The notes beneath the pieces were generated by a model. The model worked only from the letters and a program-made list of their open reading frames with translations. It searched no databases and was not told where the DNA came from. The position numbers and the translations under genes were made by a program. 64,000 nucleotides of DNA from Gemmatimonadaceae bacterium (GTDB lineage: Bacteria; Gemmatimonadota; Gemmatimonadetes; Gemmatimonadales; Gemmatimonadaceae): contig DATEHK010000173.1 in assembly GCA_035279625.1 (NCBI GenBank), forward strand, positions 41,144 to 105,143. Reading direction: 5' to 3'. Position 1 is the stretch's first letter. Every line of letters begins with the position of its first letter. Shown in pieces: positions 39,056 to 48,266 of the stretch.

Positions 39056-39104
39056 TCGAGCGTTAGCGATCGCGTGCGAACGACATCAAATCATCGCCGC
39101 CCTG

Positions 39105-40463
39105 TCAGTCGCCTAACCCGTAATCCCTGATCTTGTAGAGGAGAGCGCGGTGGGAGAGCTCGAGCAACTGCGCGGCGCGGGTGCGATTGCCGCGCGTTTG
39201 TTCGAGTGCGCGCTGAATGAGAGTGCGTTCGAGCGTCTCGGTACGACGTTTGACCGACAGGTCGACGTCTTCGGCGCCGTTGCTCGCGGCCGGCGGCGGC
39301 GCACTGGTCAGATCGACCAGATGACCGGCTTCGATCGACGGGCCGGATGCCATGACGAGGGCGCGCTCGATCACGTTTTCCAGCTCGCGCACATTGCCGG
39401 GCCATGCATGCCCGGCGAGCAGGCGCATGGCTTCGGGCGAGATGCGCCCAACCTCCAGACCGAGTCGCGCGTTGTGCCGCCGCAGGAAATGTATTGCGAG
39501 ATCGGGCACGTCTTCGCGGCGCTCTCGCAACGGCGGCAATCGAATCGACACGACGTTTACACGGTAGTACAAATCGCCGCGGAAGCGTCCAGCATTCACA
39601 TCGGACGCGAGGTCGCGGTTGGTTGCGGCAACTACGCGGACGTCGACGCGCTTGGATGTGTTGGCACCGACGCGTCGCACCTCACCTTCCTGAAGCGCGC
39701 GGAGCAACTTGACCTGCAACGACGCCGGGAGCTCGCCGATCTCGTCGAGGAAAAGGGTCCCGCCATCTGCTTCCTCGAAGAGGCCGGGTTTGTCGGCGGT
39801 TGCGCCGGTGAATGAACCGCGCACGTGGCCGAACAGCTCAGACTCGAGCAGTGCTTCGGGAATTGCGCCGCAATTGACGGCAACGAACGACTCTTCAGCC
39901 CGTGGACTGCCGTCGTGAATCAGGCGAGCGATGAGCTCTTTGCCCGTGCCGCTCTCGCCGGCGATAAGCACCGTGGACGGATGCCGCGCGACTTTACGTG
40001 CGAGGTCGACGGCGCCGAGGAGCGCGGCGCTTCGCCCAACGATCGAACCCCCACCGCGAATGGTCGACAGCTCTTGCTCCAAACGCTCGATCTTCGCGCG
40101 CAGCTTCTCGCGCTCGGCCGCCTTCCTAACGCAAAGGATGAGCTCCTCGGCGCGGAAGGGCTTCTGAATGTAGTCGTACGCGCCGCGCTGCATGGCGGCG
40201 ATCGCGGTGTCGGCGTCGCCGTACGCGCTCATGGCGATGACGAGGCCGCGCCCGCGCTGGGCCTCGTACCGCTCGAGGAATTCGAGACCGCCCATGGTCG
40301 GCATGCGCAAGTCACAGAGCACGAGATCGGCGTCGCTCCGCGCGAGCGCGTCGAGCGCCTCGGCGGCGTGGCTGGCCGTGGCCGTCTCGTGTCCTTCTGC
40401 GCCGAGGATGCGGTCGAGAGTCTGACGGAGACCGGGCTCGTCGTCGACGATGAGGATCTTCAC
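39105..40463 (-). CDS. Sigma-54-dependent response regulator, PilR-like
   Basis: Canonical receiver ([16 protein letters not shown]), AAA+ core GESGTGKE / GSFTGA, C-terminal HTH ([21 protein letters not shown]). GTG start overlaps the kinase stop. Confidence 0.9.
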   Translation of the reverse strand: MKILIVDDEPGLRQTLDRILGAEGHETATASHAAEALDALARSDADLVLCDLRMPTMGGLEFLERYEAQRGRGLVIAMSAYGDADTAIAAMQRGAYDYIQKPFRAEELILCVRKAAEREKLRAKIERLEQELSTIRGGGSIVGRSAALLGAVDLARKVARHPSTVLIAGESGTGKELIARLIHDGSPRAEESFVAVNCGAIPEALLESELFGHVRGSFTGATADKPGLFEEADGGTLFLDEIGELPASLQVKLLRALQEGEVRRVGANTSKRVDVRVVAATNRDLASDVNAGRFRGDLYYRVNVVSIRLPPLRERREDVPDLAIHFLRRHNARLGLEVGRISPEAMRLLAGHAWPGNVRELENVIERALVMASGPSIEAGHLVDLTSAPPPAASNGAEDVDLSVKRRTETLERTLIQRALEQTRGNRTRAAQLLELSHRALLYKIRDYGLGD

Positions 40464-41713
40464 GGGATCGGGTCGAGCGGCGGAGCGACCTGCGGGACGT
40501 CGGCGGGCGGCGCTTGCACGGGCACGGGGAAATACATAACGAATGCGGCGCCACCCTCACGCGCCTCGCGCACCCAGACGGTGCCGCCGAGTCCTTCGAC
40601 GATGCGGGCAACGATGGCGAGGCCGAGGCCGGTTCCCTTCCCCGGTTCCTTCGTCGTGAAGAAGGGATCGAACACGCGCTCGGTTTCACTCCACGGAATG
40701 CCGGGGCCGTTGTCGGCGACGACGAGCGTGACCACTTCGCGCAATTCGCCGACAGAGCGCAGCCAGGCGCGTACGCGGGCATTGGGTTGCCGCTCGACCG
40801 CGATGCTGGCGGGGTCGCCGCGGCGGCGATCGCCTAACTCCGTGATCTCGGCGAACGGGACGCACTCGGTGACCACGGAGACCATCCCGGTTCCGTCCAT
40901 CGCGTCGACGGCGTTGAGCAGCAGGTTGACCATCACCTGCTCCAGCTCGTGCGCGTCGCCTGTGAGAAACGGGACGTCATCGTTGAGTCCGAGCGAGACG
41001 CCGGTTTGTTTGAGCGCGCCCTGATCGGTGAGCATCTCGGTGACGCGTCGGACGACGTCGTTGAGCGACGTCGGCTCGAGCGTGCGGTGGCGGGGCCGGG
41101 CATAGTCGAGCATGCCGCGCATGATGCGATCGATGCGCGCGCTTTCGCGCTCGATGCCGACGATCGCGTCGGCAGCGTCGGCGTTGCCGTTCATGCTGCG
41201 ACGCAGTAGATGCGCGTAGCCGCCGATTGCGCCTAACGGATTGCCGATCTCGTGCGCCACGCCGGCGGCGAGCCGCCCAACGGACGCCACCTTCTCCAGG
41301 TGGCCGCGTTGGGCCTGCTCCTCGATGAGGCGGCTGGTCATGCGGTTGATGCTCCGCGCCAGACGCGCGAACTCGAGGGTGGCGCCTTGCGGCACGCGCC
41401 GGGAGAGGTCGCCGTTGGCAATGGCCTCGGTGGTTTCGACGACGCGGTCGAGCGGGTCGAGCACCAGGCCCTGCACCTTGTACGCGCCGAACGCGACGAA
41501 CACGACCACGTCGGCGATGATGAGCAGCGCGAGATAGAGCGCGCCGTGGCGGCTCATGACCAGGTCGCGGAGGACGATCACGTTGAGCGCGGCGAGCGAG
41601 AGCGCCGCCGTGCTGAGCACGGCGAGGCTCAAGATCATCTCGGCCTTGAGGGACGTGAACACGCTGAAGCGGCTGCCGCGGCGTGCCGTCGTTCCCTCCG
41701 CGCGCGACGTCAC
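40460..41713 (-). CDS. Sensor histidine kinase (2 TM, HAMP, HisKA, HATPase), PilS-like by context
   Basis: H-box AHEIGNPLGAI, N-box LLLNAVDAM, G-boxes DNGPGI and GTGLGLAI. Start placed at GTG 41713, which overlaps the upstream stop. The ORF-track start 42004 lies inside the upstream gene. Confidence 0.85.
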   Translation of the reverse strand: MTSRAEGTTARRGSRFSVFTSLKAEMILSLAVLSTAALSLAALNVIVLRDLVMSRHGALYLALLIIADVVVFVAFGAYKVQGLVLDPLDRVVETTEAIANGDLSRRVPQGATLEFARLARSINRMTSRLIEEQAQRGHLEKVASVGRLAAGVAHEIGNPLGAIGGYAHLLRRSMNGNADAADAIVGIERESARIDRIMRGMLDYARPRHRTLEPTSLNDVVRRVTEMLTDQGALKQTGVSLGLNDDVPFLTGDAHELEQVMVNLLLNAVDAMDGTGMVSVVTECVPFAEITELGDRRRGDPASIAVERQPNARVRAWLRSVGELREVVTLVVADNGPGIPWSETERVFDPFFTTKEPGKGTGLGLAIVARIVEGLGGTVWVREAREGGAAFVMYFPVPVQAPPADVPQVAPPLDPIP

Positions 41714-43089
41714 TCGGCGACCCCGTACCGCGAGAGTTTGCGATACAACGTGGACGGATCGATGCCTAACACTTCGGCGGCGCGCGTCTTGTTGCCGCCT
41801 TCGCTCTGCAAGACCCACGTGATGTACGCGCGCTCGATCACGTCGAGGGTCGGATTGGCGGCGGCGACTTGCGATGTAACGAGCGGCTCGGCACGGCGCT
41901 CCGTGATGCGCTCGGGCAGTGCGCCGACATCGATCGTGTCGCCCTCGCTCAAGATGACCGCGCGTTCGAGCGCATTCTCGAGCTCGCGGACGTTGCCGGG
42001 CCAACCGTACGTCTGCATCGCATCGACCGCCGCTTCCGTTAGGCGTTTGGGCTCCGTCTGTCGCTGCTGCGCCGCGCGATGCAGGAACGCGTCGATCAGC
42101 AGCGGGATGTCATCGCGCCGGGCGCGCAGCGGCGGCAGATGTAGCGCAAATACGTTCAAGCGATAGAACAGGTCGCCGCGGAATGCCGCCCGCTTCATCT
42201 CTTCTTCGAGGTCGCGGTTGGTGGCGGCGAGCAAGCGCGTGTCGATGGGCACCGCCTCCGTGCCACCGACCGGAATCACTTCGCGCTGCTGCAGGACGCG
42301 CAGCAGCTTCACCTGCGTCGATGGTGTGGTCTCGCCGATTTCGTCGAGGAAGAAGGTACCGCCGCCGGCCGCGGTAAAGAGGCCCGACTTGTCCTTCATC
42401 GCTCCGGTGAAGGAGCCCTTAACGTGGCCGAACAACTCGCTCTCCAAGAGGCTTTCGGGGAGCGCTCCGCAGTTGATCGACAGGAACGCACCGGACGCGC
42501 GCGCCGACAGTTGATGGATGTAGCGGGCGATGACTTCCTTACCCGTGCCCGACTCGCCTTGGATGAGGACCGTCGACTCGGTAGGCGCGACCGTTTCGGC
42601 GAGGCGCAGCACCGACAACCACGCCTTACTGCGCCCAACGGGCTGGTTGGCGCTGTTGCGATCGCGGCGGCTAATTTCCTGCTTCAACGAGCGGTTCTCG
42701 ACACGCAGCTGCCGATGCTCGGCGGCCCGTCGCAGGATGGCGACGATGTCGCCGTTGACGAAGGGCTTCTGGATATAGTAGTAGGCGCCTTCGTTGACGG
42801 CCTGGATTGCCGAACGAAGATCGGCTTGGGCGGTCATGAGAATGACAGGCAGGTCCGGATCCTTCGCGCGGGCAGCGGACAGGATCTCGAGGCCCGTGAC
42901 GCTCGGCATGCGTACGTCGGTGATCACGATGTCGGGCGCCAGCGCGGCGATCTGATCGAGGCCCTGCTTACCGCCTAACGCAACGTGGGGCGTGAAGCCT
43001 TCGTTCTTGAGTAAAATGCGGAGCGTCTCGAGGATCCCCGTCTCGTCGTCGACGACGAGGACGCTCGGCTTGACGGCTGGTGCGGTCAT
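41710..43089 (-). CDS. Sigma-54-dependent response regulator (second copy)
   Basis: Start at ATG 43089 (MTAPAVKPSVLVVDDE) overlaps the upstream kinase stop (ATGA). Receiver has [42 protein letters not shown]. Confidence 0.9.
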   Translation of the reverse strand: MTAPAVKPSVLVVDDETGILETLRILLKNEGFTPHVALGGKQGLDQIAALAPDIVITDVRMPSVTGLEILSAARAKDPDLPVILMTAQADLRSAIQAVNEGAYYYIQKPFVNGDIVAILRRAAEHRQLRVENRSLKQEISRRDRNSANQPVGRSKAWLSVLRLAETVAPTESTVLIQGESGTGKEVIARYIHQLSARASGAFLSINCGALPESLLESELFGHVKGSFTGAMKDKSGLFTAAGGGTFFLDEIGETTPSTQVKLLRVLQQREVIPVGGTEAVPIDTRLLAATNRDLEEEMKRAAFRGDLFYRLNVFALHLPPLRARRDDIPLLIDAFLHRAAQQRQTEPKRLTEAAVDAMQTYGWPGNVRELENALERAVILSEGDTIDVGALPERITERRAEPLVTSQVAAANPTLDVIERAYITWVLQSEGGNKTRAAEVLGIDPSTLYRKLSRYGVAE

Positions 43090-44783
43090 GCGGCCTCCGC
43101 GCCGGCCGGCTGCGGGATCGGGAGCAACACGGTGAATCGCGTGCCGCGCTTGCCGGTATCGAGGAGCACGCAGCCGCGGTGGGCTTCGATCGCGCGGTGC
43201 ACGATCGGAAGTCCGAGGCCGGTGCCGCCGGGCTTCGTCGTGAAAAAGGGATCGAACACGCGGTCCTTGATCGATGCGGGGATGCCGGGGCCGAAGTCGG
43301 TAACGCGCAACGCGACGGCGCCGTCGCGGAACACGACGCCGGCCGGTACCTGCTCGCGCGTTAGGCGCGTGACCTCGACGGCAACGCGTCCGTTGTCGGG
43401 CGATGCTTGCACGGCGTTGAGCGTGATGTTGAAGATCGCACGATGGAGCAGATCCTCGTCGCCCTCGACGAGCACCGGCTCGCCGGGCGCCCGGCACGCC
43501 ACGGCGATGCCGCGGCCGCAGTCGGGGTGCGAGGCAGCAAGTCCGGTCGCGGCGCGCGCCACTTCGGCGAGGTCGACGAGATCGCCCCGTGTCTTGCGGA
43601 CGCGCGCGAAATCGAGGAACTCGGTGAGGAGCCGCGCCAGGCGGTCCGATTCGCGTACAATGAGCTTGCCTAACGTACGTTCGTCATCGGTGGCGCGCGG
43701 CGCTCGCGCGAGCTGCTCGACGGCGCTGCGGATGGACGCCAGCGGATTTTTGATCTCGTGCGCGAGCGATGCGCTCAATTCGGCGATGCCTTCGAGCCGT
43801 TCGGCGCGGAGGCGGAGCTCCTCGAGGCGTTTGTTGTCGGTGATGTCCTGGAAGATCGCGGTGGCGGACAAGTTCGAATCGTCGCCATCGGCGTCGAGAA
43901 TCGTGGTCGTGAATCCGATTGGGAACGAGCGATTCATGTGCGTGATGACGGCTTCACCACGCGTCACGCGCTCACCCTCGCTCATCGCGTGCTCGAGGGC
44001 ATCCGCAAGAGCGGGGCACGCGCCGGCAATCACCTCGCTCACCGGGCGACCTCTCGCCGTGTCCTGATCGAAGCCGAGCAGCGTACCGGCGGCCGGATTG
44101 GCAAACAACAACCGGCGTTGGGGGCCAACGGTGACGATGCCACTCCGAATGTTGCGCAGAATGTCTTCGGCCTGGAGTCGAGCGAGAGCGAGCTGGGCTT
44201 CCAAATCCTCGCGATCGACGCCCGCTTCCTTGAGTCGCGCGCTCAGGTAGGCGACGCCCAACGCTGCGCCGGCGAAGACGGCGAGTTGGAGCATCATGCC
44301 CAAGTCCAACGCTCCGCCGCGTGAGATAATGACGTCGGCGATGTAGCAGGAGATGCCGAGTGCCGCGACGAGCAGTCCGCCGCCGGCTGGGAGCAGCAAC
44401 GATGCGCCGGCCGTGACGAGGATGTAGAGCGCAGCGAACTGCGAGAGCTCGCCGCCCGTGACGTGCACGACGGCCGTCACGAGGGCGACGTCGAAAACCG
44501 CCTGGAGGTAGAAGAACGCACGACCGGCGCGGCGCGTGGCTTGCGAGCCGTACCACACCGAGAGCACCGTGACCACGATCGCGGCGATGACGGCGAGCGA
44601 TGCGATGAGCGTGACGCGCGCTTCGGCGGACTTCCAGGCCAGGACCGCCGCGACGAAAATAGCGGAGGCCAGCGAAAGACGGCCGATGTAAATCCACCGG
44701 AGGACGCGGCGCTGGTCGAGCATCGTTATGGTCGAGTGAGTCGGCGGTCCGGGCGCCATGTCCGTCGCGAGGACGGGTACCAA
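43086..44783 (-). CDS. Multi-pass membrane sensor histidine kinase with PAS-like domain
   Basis: About 6 TM helices, PAS-like segment (IRSGIVTVGPQRRLLFANPAAGTLLG), H-box AHEIKNPLASI, DFGPGI, GTGLGLPI. Confidence 0.85.
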   Translation of the reverse strand: MVPVLATDMAPGPPTHSTITMLDQRRVLRWIYIGRLSLASAIFVAAVLAWKSAEARVTLIASLAVIAAIVVTVLSVWYGSQATRRAGRAFFYLQAVFDVALVTAVVHVTGGELSQFAALYILVTAGASLLLPAGGGLLVAALGISCYIADVIISRGGALDLGMMLQLAVFAGAALGVAYLSARLKEAGVDREDLEAQLALARLQAEDILRNIRSGIVTVGPQRRLLFANPAAGTLLGFDQDTARGRPVSEVIAGACPALADALEHAMSEGERVTRGEAVITHMNRSFPIGFTTTILDADGDDSNLSATAIFQDITDNKRLEELRLRAERLEGIAELSASLAHEIKNPLASIRSAVEQLARAPRATDDERTLGKLIVRESDRLARLLTEFLDFARVRKTRGDLVDLAEVARAATGLAASHPDCGRGIAVACRAPGEPVLVEGDEDLLHRAIFNITLNAVQASPDNGRVAVEVTRLTREQVPAGVVFRDGAVALRVTDFGPGIPASIKDRVFDPFFTTKPGGTGLGLPIVHRAIEAHRGCVLLDTGKRGTRFTVLLPIPQPAGAEAA

Positions 44784-44834
44784 GCCGGCGTCTCTCGCGG
44801 AATGAGAGGCTGACGTACCGCGACGCCTGGCGTT

Positions 44835-46217
44835 TTGCTATATCTTCGACGACTGCCTCTGCCAAGGAGTTACGTGGCTGGTCCACCTGATGACCTCACC
44901 GCCGGCGCGATCGTGCTCCGGTTGCTGGCGGTCCTGCTGCTCGTGCTCGCGAACGCTTTTTTCGTGGCGGCGGAATTCGGACTCGTGGGTGCGCGGCGCA
45001 GCCGGATCGACGCCATGGCGAGTCGAGGCGACCGGCGCGCGAAGATCGTTCAAGAGACGCTCAAGCATCTCGATCTGTACATTTCGGCGACGCAGCTGGG
45101 CATCACACTGTCGTCGTTGGCGCTGGGGTGGATCGGCGAGGCAACCATGGCGACGGTGCTCGACCGTCTGCTAAGGACGTTCGGATACGTGCCGTCGCCG
45201 ACCTTGACACACAGCGCGGCCGCGGTCACGAGCGCGTTCGTCATCATCACGTTTCTCCATATCGTGTTAGGCGAGCTCGCGCCCAAGTCGATGGCGCTGC
45301 TCAACCCGGAGGGTGTCAGCCGCTGGGTCGCGTTGCCGTTGCGGCTGTTCTCGACGGTGATGCGGCCGTTCATCGCCGTCCTCAATGGCGCGGCAAACGC
45401 GTTTCTGCGATTGCTCGGGCTACACACGGTAGAAGAGACCGCGCGCGTGCATTCGCCCGAAGAGTTGCGGCTGCTCGTGATGCAGGCACGCGCGCACGGA
45501 ATTCTGGACGAGAGCGACTCGCAGATGCTGGCCGGCGTGTTCGACTTCCACAACAAGAAGGCGCGCGACGTGATGCGTCCGCGGACTGAGGTCGCCGCGC
45601 TACAGGTGGACGCGACGGAAGATGAGGTACTCGAGGTGCTGCGACGCGAGCGCTATTCGCGGTATCCGGTGTACGGCGAGACGTTAGACGACATCGTGGG
45701 CGTGCTCCTGGCGAAGGACTTGTGGCTGCGCGACGGGCGCGCGCCGTTCTCGCTCAAGCGATATGTCCGGGAGGCGATGTACGTGCCCGACACCCGCGCG
45801 GCGGAGCGCGTGTTGGATGATTTGCGGCGGACGCGGGCGCACATGGCAGTGGTGTTGGACGAATTCGGCGGCACGTCGGGCATCGTCACGATGGAAGATC
45901 TGATCGAGGAGGTCATCGGAGACATTTCCGATGAGTACGACGTGGCCGCGCGCGACGCACTGATGCAGAACGGCGTGTTGGAGCTGGCCGGGTCGATGTC
46001 ACTGATCGACGTGCGCTCGGATCACGGTGTGCGGATTCCCGACGGGAGCTGGTCGACGTTAGGCGGATACGTGTTCTCGCAGTTGGGCCGGTTGCCGAAG
46101 GTTGGCGATCGCGTCGCGTTTCCGGGCGGAGAGCTCGAAGTGGTGGCCATGGACGGGAAGCGCGTGGCGGCGGTGCGCGTGCACCGCGCGGCGGCGGAAG
46201 GTCCGGTGCCGGCGTGA
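44835..46217 (+). CDS. CNNM/HlyC-CorC family transporter (DUF21, CBS pair, CorC_HlyC)
   Basis: LLLVLANAFFVAAEFGLV DUF21 start, CBS region (ARDVMRPRTEV...), C-terminal transporter-associated domain. The exact start is uncertain. Confidence 0.85.
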   Translation: MLYLRRLPLPRSYVAGPPDDLTAGAIVLRLLAVLLLVLANAFFVAAEFGLVGARRSRIDAMASRGDRRAKIVQETLKHLDLYISATQLGITLSSLALGWIGEATMATVLDRLLRTFGYVPSPTLTHSAAAVTSAFVIITFLHIVLGELAPKSMALLNPEGVSRWVALPLRLFSTVMRPFIAVLNGAANAFLRLLGLHTVEETARVHSPEELRLLVMQARAHGILDESDSQMLAGVFDFHNKKARDVMRPRTEVAALQVDATEDEVLEVLRRERYSRYPVYGETLDDIVGVLLAKDLWLRDGRAPFSLKRYVREAMYVPDTRAAERVLDDLRRTRAHMAVVLDEFGGTSGIVTMEDLIEEVIGDISDEYDVAARDALMQNGVLELAGSMSLIDVRSDHGVRIPDGSWSTLGGYVFSQLGRLPKVGDRVAFPGGELEVVAMDGKRVAAVRVHRAAAEGPVPA

Positions 46218-46642
46218 GCGAGGGACTGCGCGTGAACGACAGCGTGACCATCGCGCGCGACGAATTGGTGGTGCGTGCGACGCGATCGGGCGGCCCGGGC
46301 GGTCAGCACGTCAACACATCGGCAACGCGGATCGAGGTGCTGTGGAACCCCTCGGCGTCGCGTTCGTTAGGCGAAGCGCACCGGCAGCGCGTGGCGTCCC
46401 GCCTCGCCGCCCGGCTCGACGGGTCGGGCTTCGTGCGCGTGGTGGCGAGCGAGCATCGCAGCCAGCGGCAGAACCGGGAGGCCGCAGAATCGCGGCTCGC
46501 GGACCTGGTGCGGCGCGCGTTGGTCGTGCCCAAGCGGCGCGTCAAGACGCGCACGCCGCGCGCGGCGGTCGAGCGCCGCTTGTCGCAGAAGAAGCGCCGC
46601 TCGGAGCAGAAGCGCGACCGGCGCTCGTCGAGCGACGAATGA
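46214..46642 (+). CDS. arfB: Alternative ribosome-rescue factor ArfB (peptidyl-tRNA hydrolase, GGQ domain with basic tail)
   Basis: SGGPGGQHVNTSATRIEV GGQ motif and a Lys/Arg-rich C-terminal tail. GTG start overlaps the upstream stop. Confidence 0.85.
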   Translation: MSEGLRVNDSVTIARDELVVRATRSGGPGGQHVNTSATRIEVLWNPSASRSLGEAHRQRVASRLAARLDGSGFVRVVASEHRSQRQNREAAESRLADLVRRALVVPKRRVKTRTPRAAVERRLSQKKRRSEQKRDRRSSSDE

Positions 46643-46645
46643 GAT

Positions 46646-47288
46646 CTACGGCAGGAGCTCGACCTTCGACGTCACGACTTGCGTCACGGGAATGGAGTTT
46701 CCGCTGGCCTTGTCGGTGACGTTCATCGTCATCGTCTCGTTCGACGTCGCGCCGAGGTAGACGCCGTCGCGGCTGATGAAGTAGACCCCCTCGGCGCTAC
46801 CGTGTCCATCGACCGAGAGATTCTGCTCTAAGGTCGATTGCGTCGCGGCGATCGTCAGGCCGGCCGCGCGATGGACACGCCACGCACGGTGCCCTTGATA
46901 CGTGGTGTCGCCGAGGATGGTCGACGTGGTGATCGTCCTGGAGTCCAATGCCAGAAGGCGACATGACGCCATGCACATGCATGCCCTTCAGTCCCGACAT
47001 GTCGGGGAGCGTAACGGGCGGATCCGCAGCCATGCTCGTGGAATCCATGGTGTACGAGAACTCGAGCGTGTCCTTGGTGTGGGCTGAGAGCGTCACCGAA
47101 ACGATCTGTTCGTTGGTGATCGTGAACTTGCTGTGTTGGCCGTCCTGCTCCTGGTCGCGTGAGATCACGGACATGAGGTGATAGCGACGCGATCCCGGGG
47201 CGTACGTCGCGACGGTTTGCGCCGGGAGCACGCCGATGGCGATCACCGACAGCATTGAGGACAGCGAGAGTGTACGGCCGAGTGGCAT
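46646..47288 (-). pseudogene. Secreted hypothetical protein gene split by a 1-nt frameshift near 46945-46960
   Basis: ATG 47288 opens MPLGRTLSLSSMLSVIAIGVLPAQT... (frame of ORF 46797..47663) and stays protein-like up to ...HVHGVMSPSG. After that this frame turns Arg/His-rich. Protein-like sequence resumes in ORF 46646..46978 (LALDSRTITTSTILGDTTYQG...VTSKVELLP). Confidence 0.45.
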
Positions 47289-47588
47289 ACGTGCTCCTCG
47301 CGCGGGCGACGCCCGTCGCGACAGGGTGTAGGTCGAGCGGCGGCGAGCGCGGGGTCGAAGGAAGGGCCGTGACCGACGTCCGCCACATTGCACGCATCCC
47401 AAGCGCATGCAGCCGTTGAATACCCGGTGCGGATGGCGGAGGTTTCCGCATAGGGCATCGCGGAAAATACATCGCGTCGGGTCCAACGTCTGCGTGTGCG
47501 TCCACCGCAGAGCCCGCCGCGCGCGACGACGCAAGGCGCAATGACGAAACGACGCTCTCGGGCTCGCGGTGCGACGCATCGCGGCGAC

Positions 47589-48266
47589 ATGGCACTCGAG
47601 CGCGCGCTGGCCGTCCGACTGCAATTCGGACGCGTGCTGCGCGCCTGGTACCGAGCACACCATCGGGATCTGCCGTGGCGTAAGACGCGCGATCCGTATC
47701 GCATTCTCGTTTCGGAATTGATGCTACAGCAGACGCAGGTGTCGCGGGTCCTGCTCAAGTACGGCGAGTTCCTCGATCGTTTTCCGACGCTGGACGCGCT
47801 GGCGCGTGCACGGCCGGCGCGTGTGATGGAAGCGTGGGCGGGTTTGGGCTACTACGCTCGCGCGAAGAATCTGCATCGGTTGGCACGAGCGGTTGCGGTG
47901 TCGGGAGCGCCGGCGACATTGCCGGCGGACGCGTCATCACTGCGGTCGCTGCCGGGGGTCGGCGCGTATACGGCGGGCGCGGTGGCGTCGTTTGCGTTCG
48001 AGCAGCGCGAGGCGCTGGTGGACACGAACGTGGCGCGCGTGGTGCGTCGGGTGTTCGCGCCGGCGCTCGACCCCACGCGCGGCGCCGACCGCCGACGCAT
48101 CTGGGACCTGGCTCGAGCGTTGCTGCCCCGAACGGGGAAAGCGACCTACGTACACAATCAAGCGTTGATGGAGTTAGGCGCGCGCATTTGCACGGCGCGC
48201 GTGCGGCATTGCGGGCGGTGCCCCGTACGGAGCGTCTGCGCCACGTACGCGGCGGACCGCTCGTGA
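47589..48266 (+). CDS. mutY: MutY-family adenine DNA glycosylase, catalytic HhH-GPD/FeS domain only
   Basis: LRAWYRAHHRDLPWRKTRDPYRILVSELMLQQTQV, GLGYYARAKNL, LPGVGAYTAGAV, FeS cluster C-x6-C-x2-C-x5-C at the extreme C-terminus. No Nudix-like C-terminal domain. Start is ATG 47589 or earlier. Confidence 0.8.
   Translation: MALERALAVRLQFGRVLRAWYRAHHRDLPWRKTRDPYRILVSELMLQQTQVSRVLLKYGEFLDRFPTLDALARARPARVMEAWAGLGYYARAKNLHRLARAVAVSGAPATLPADASSLRSLPGVGAYTAGAVASFAFEQREALVDTNVARVVRRVFAPALDPTRGADRRRIWDLARALLPRTGKATYVHNQALMELGARICTARVRHCGRCPVRSVCATYAADRS

Noticed and set aside
47834-48262. N-terminal 143 codons of the 730-aa ORF 47834..50026
   Set aside because: This part lies entirely inside the MutY-like gene in another frame and reads as Gly/Arg-rich low-complexity sequence. 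A GTG at 48263 that overlaps the mutY stop gives a sensible membrane-protein N-terminus.
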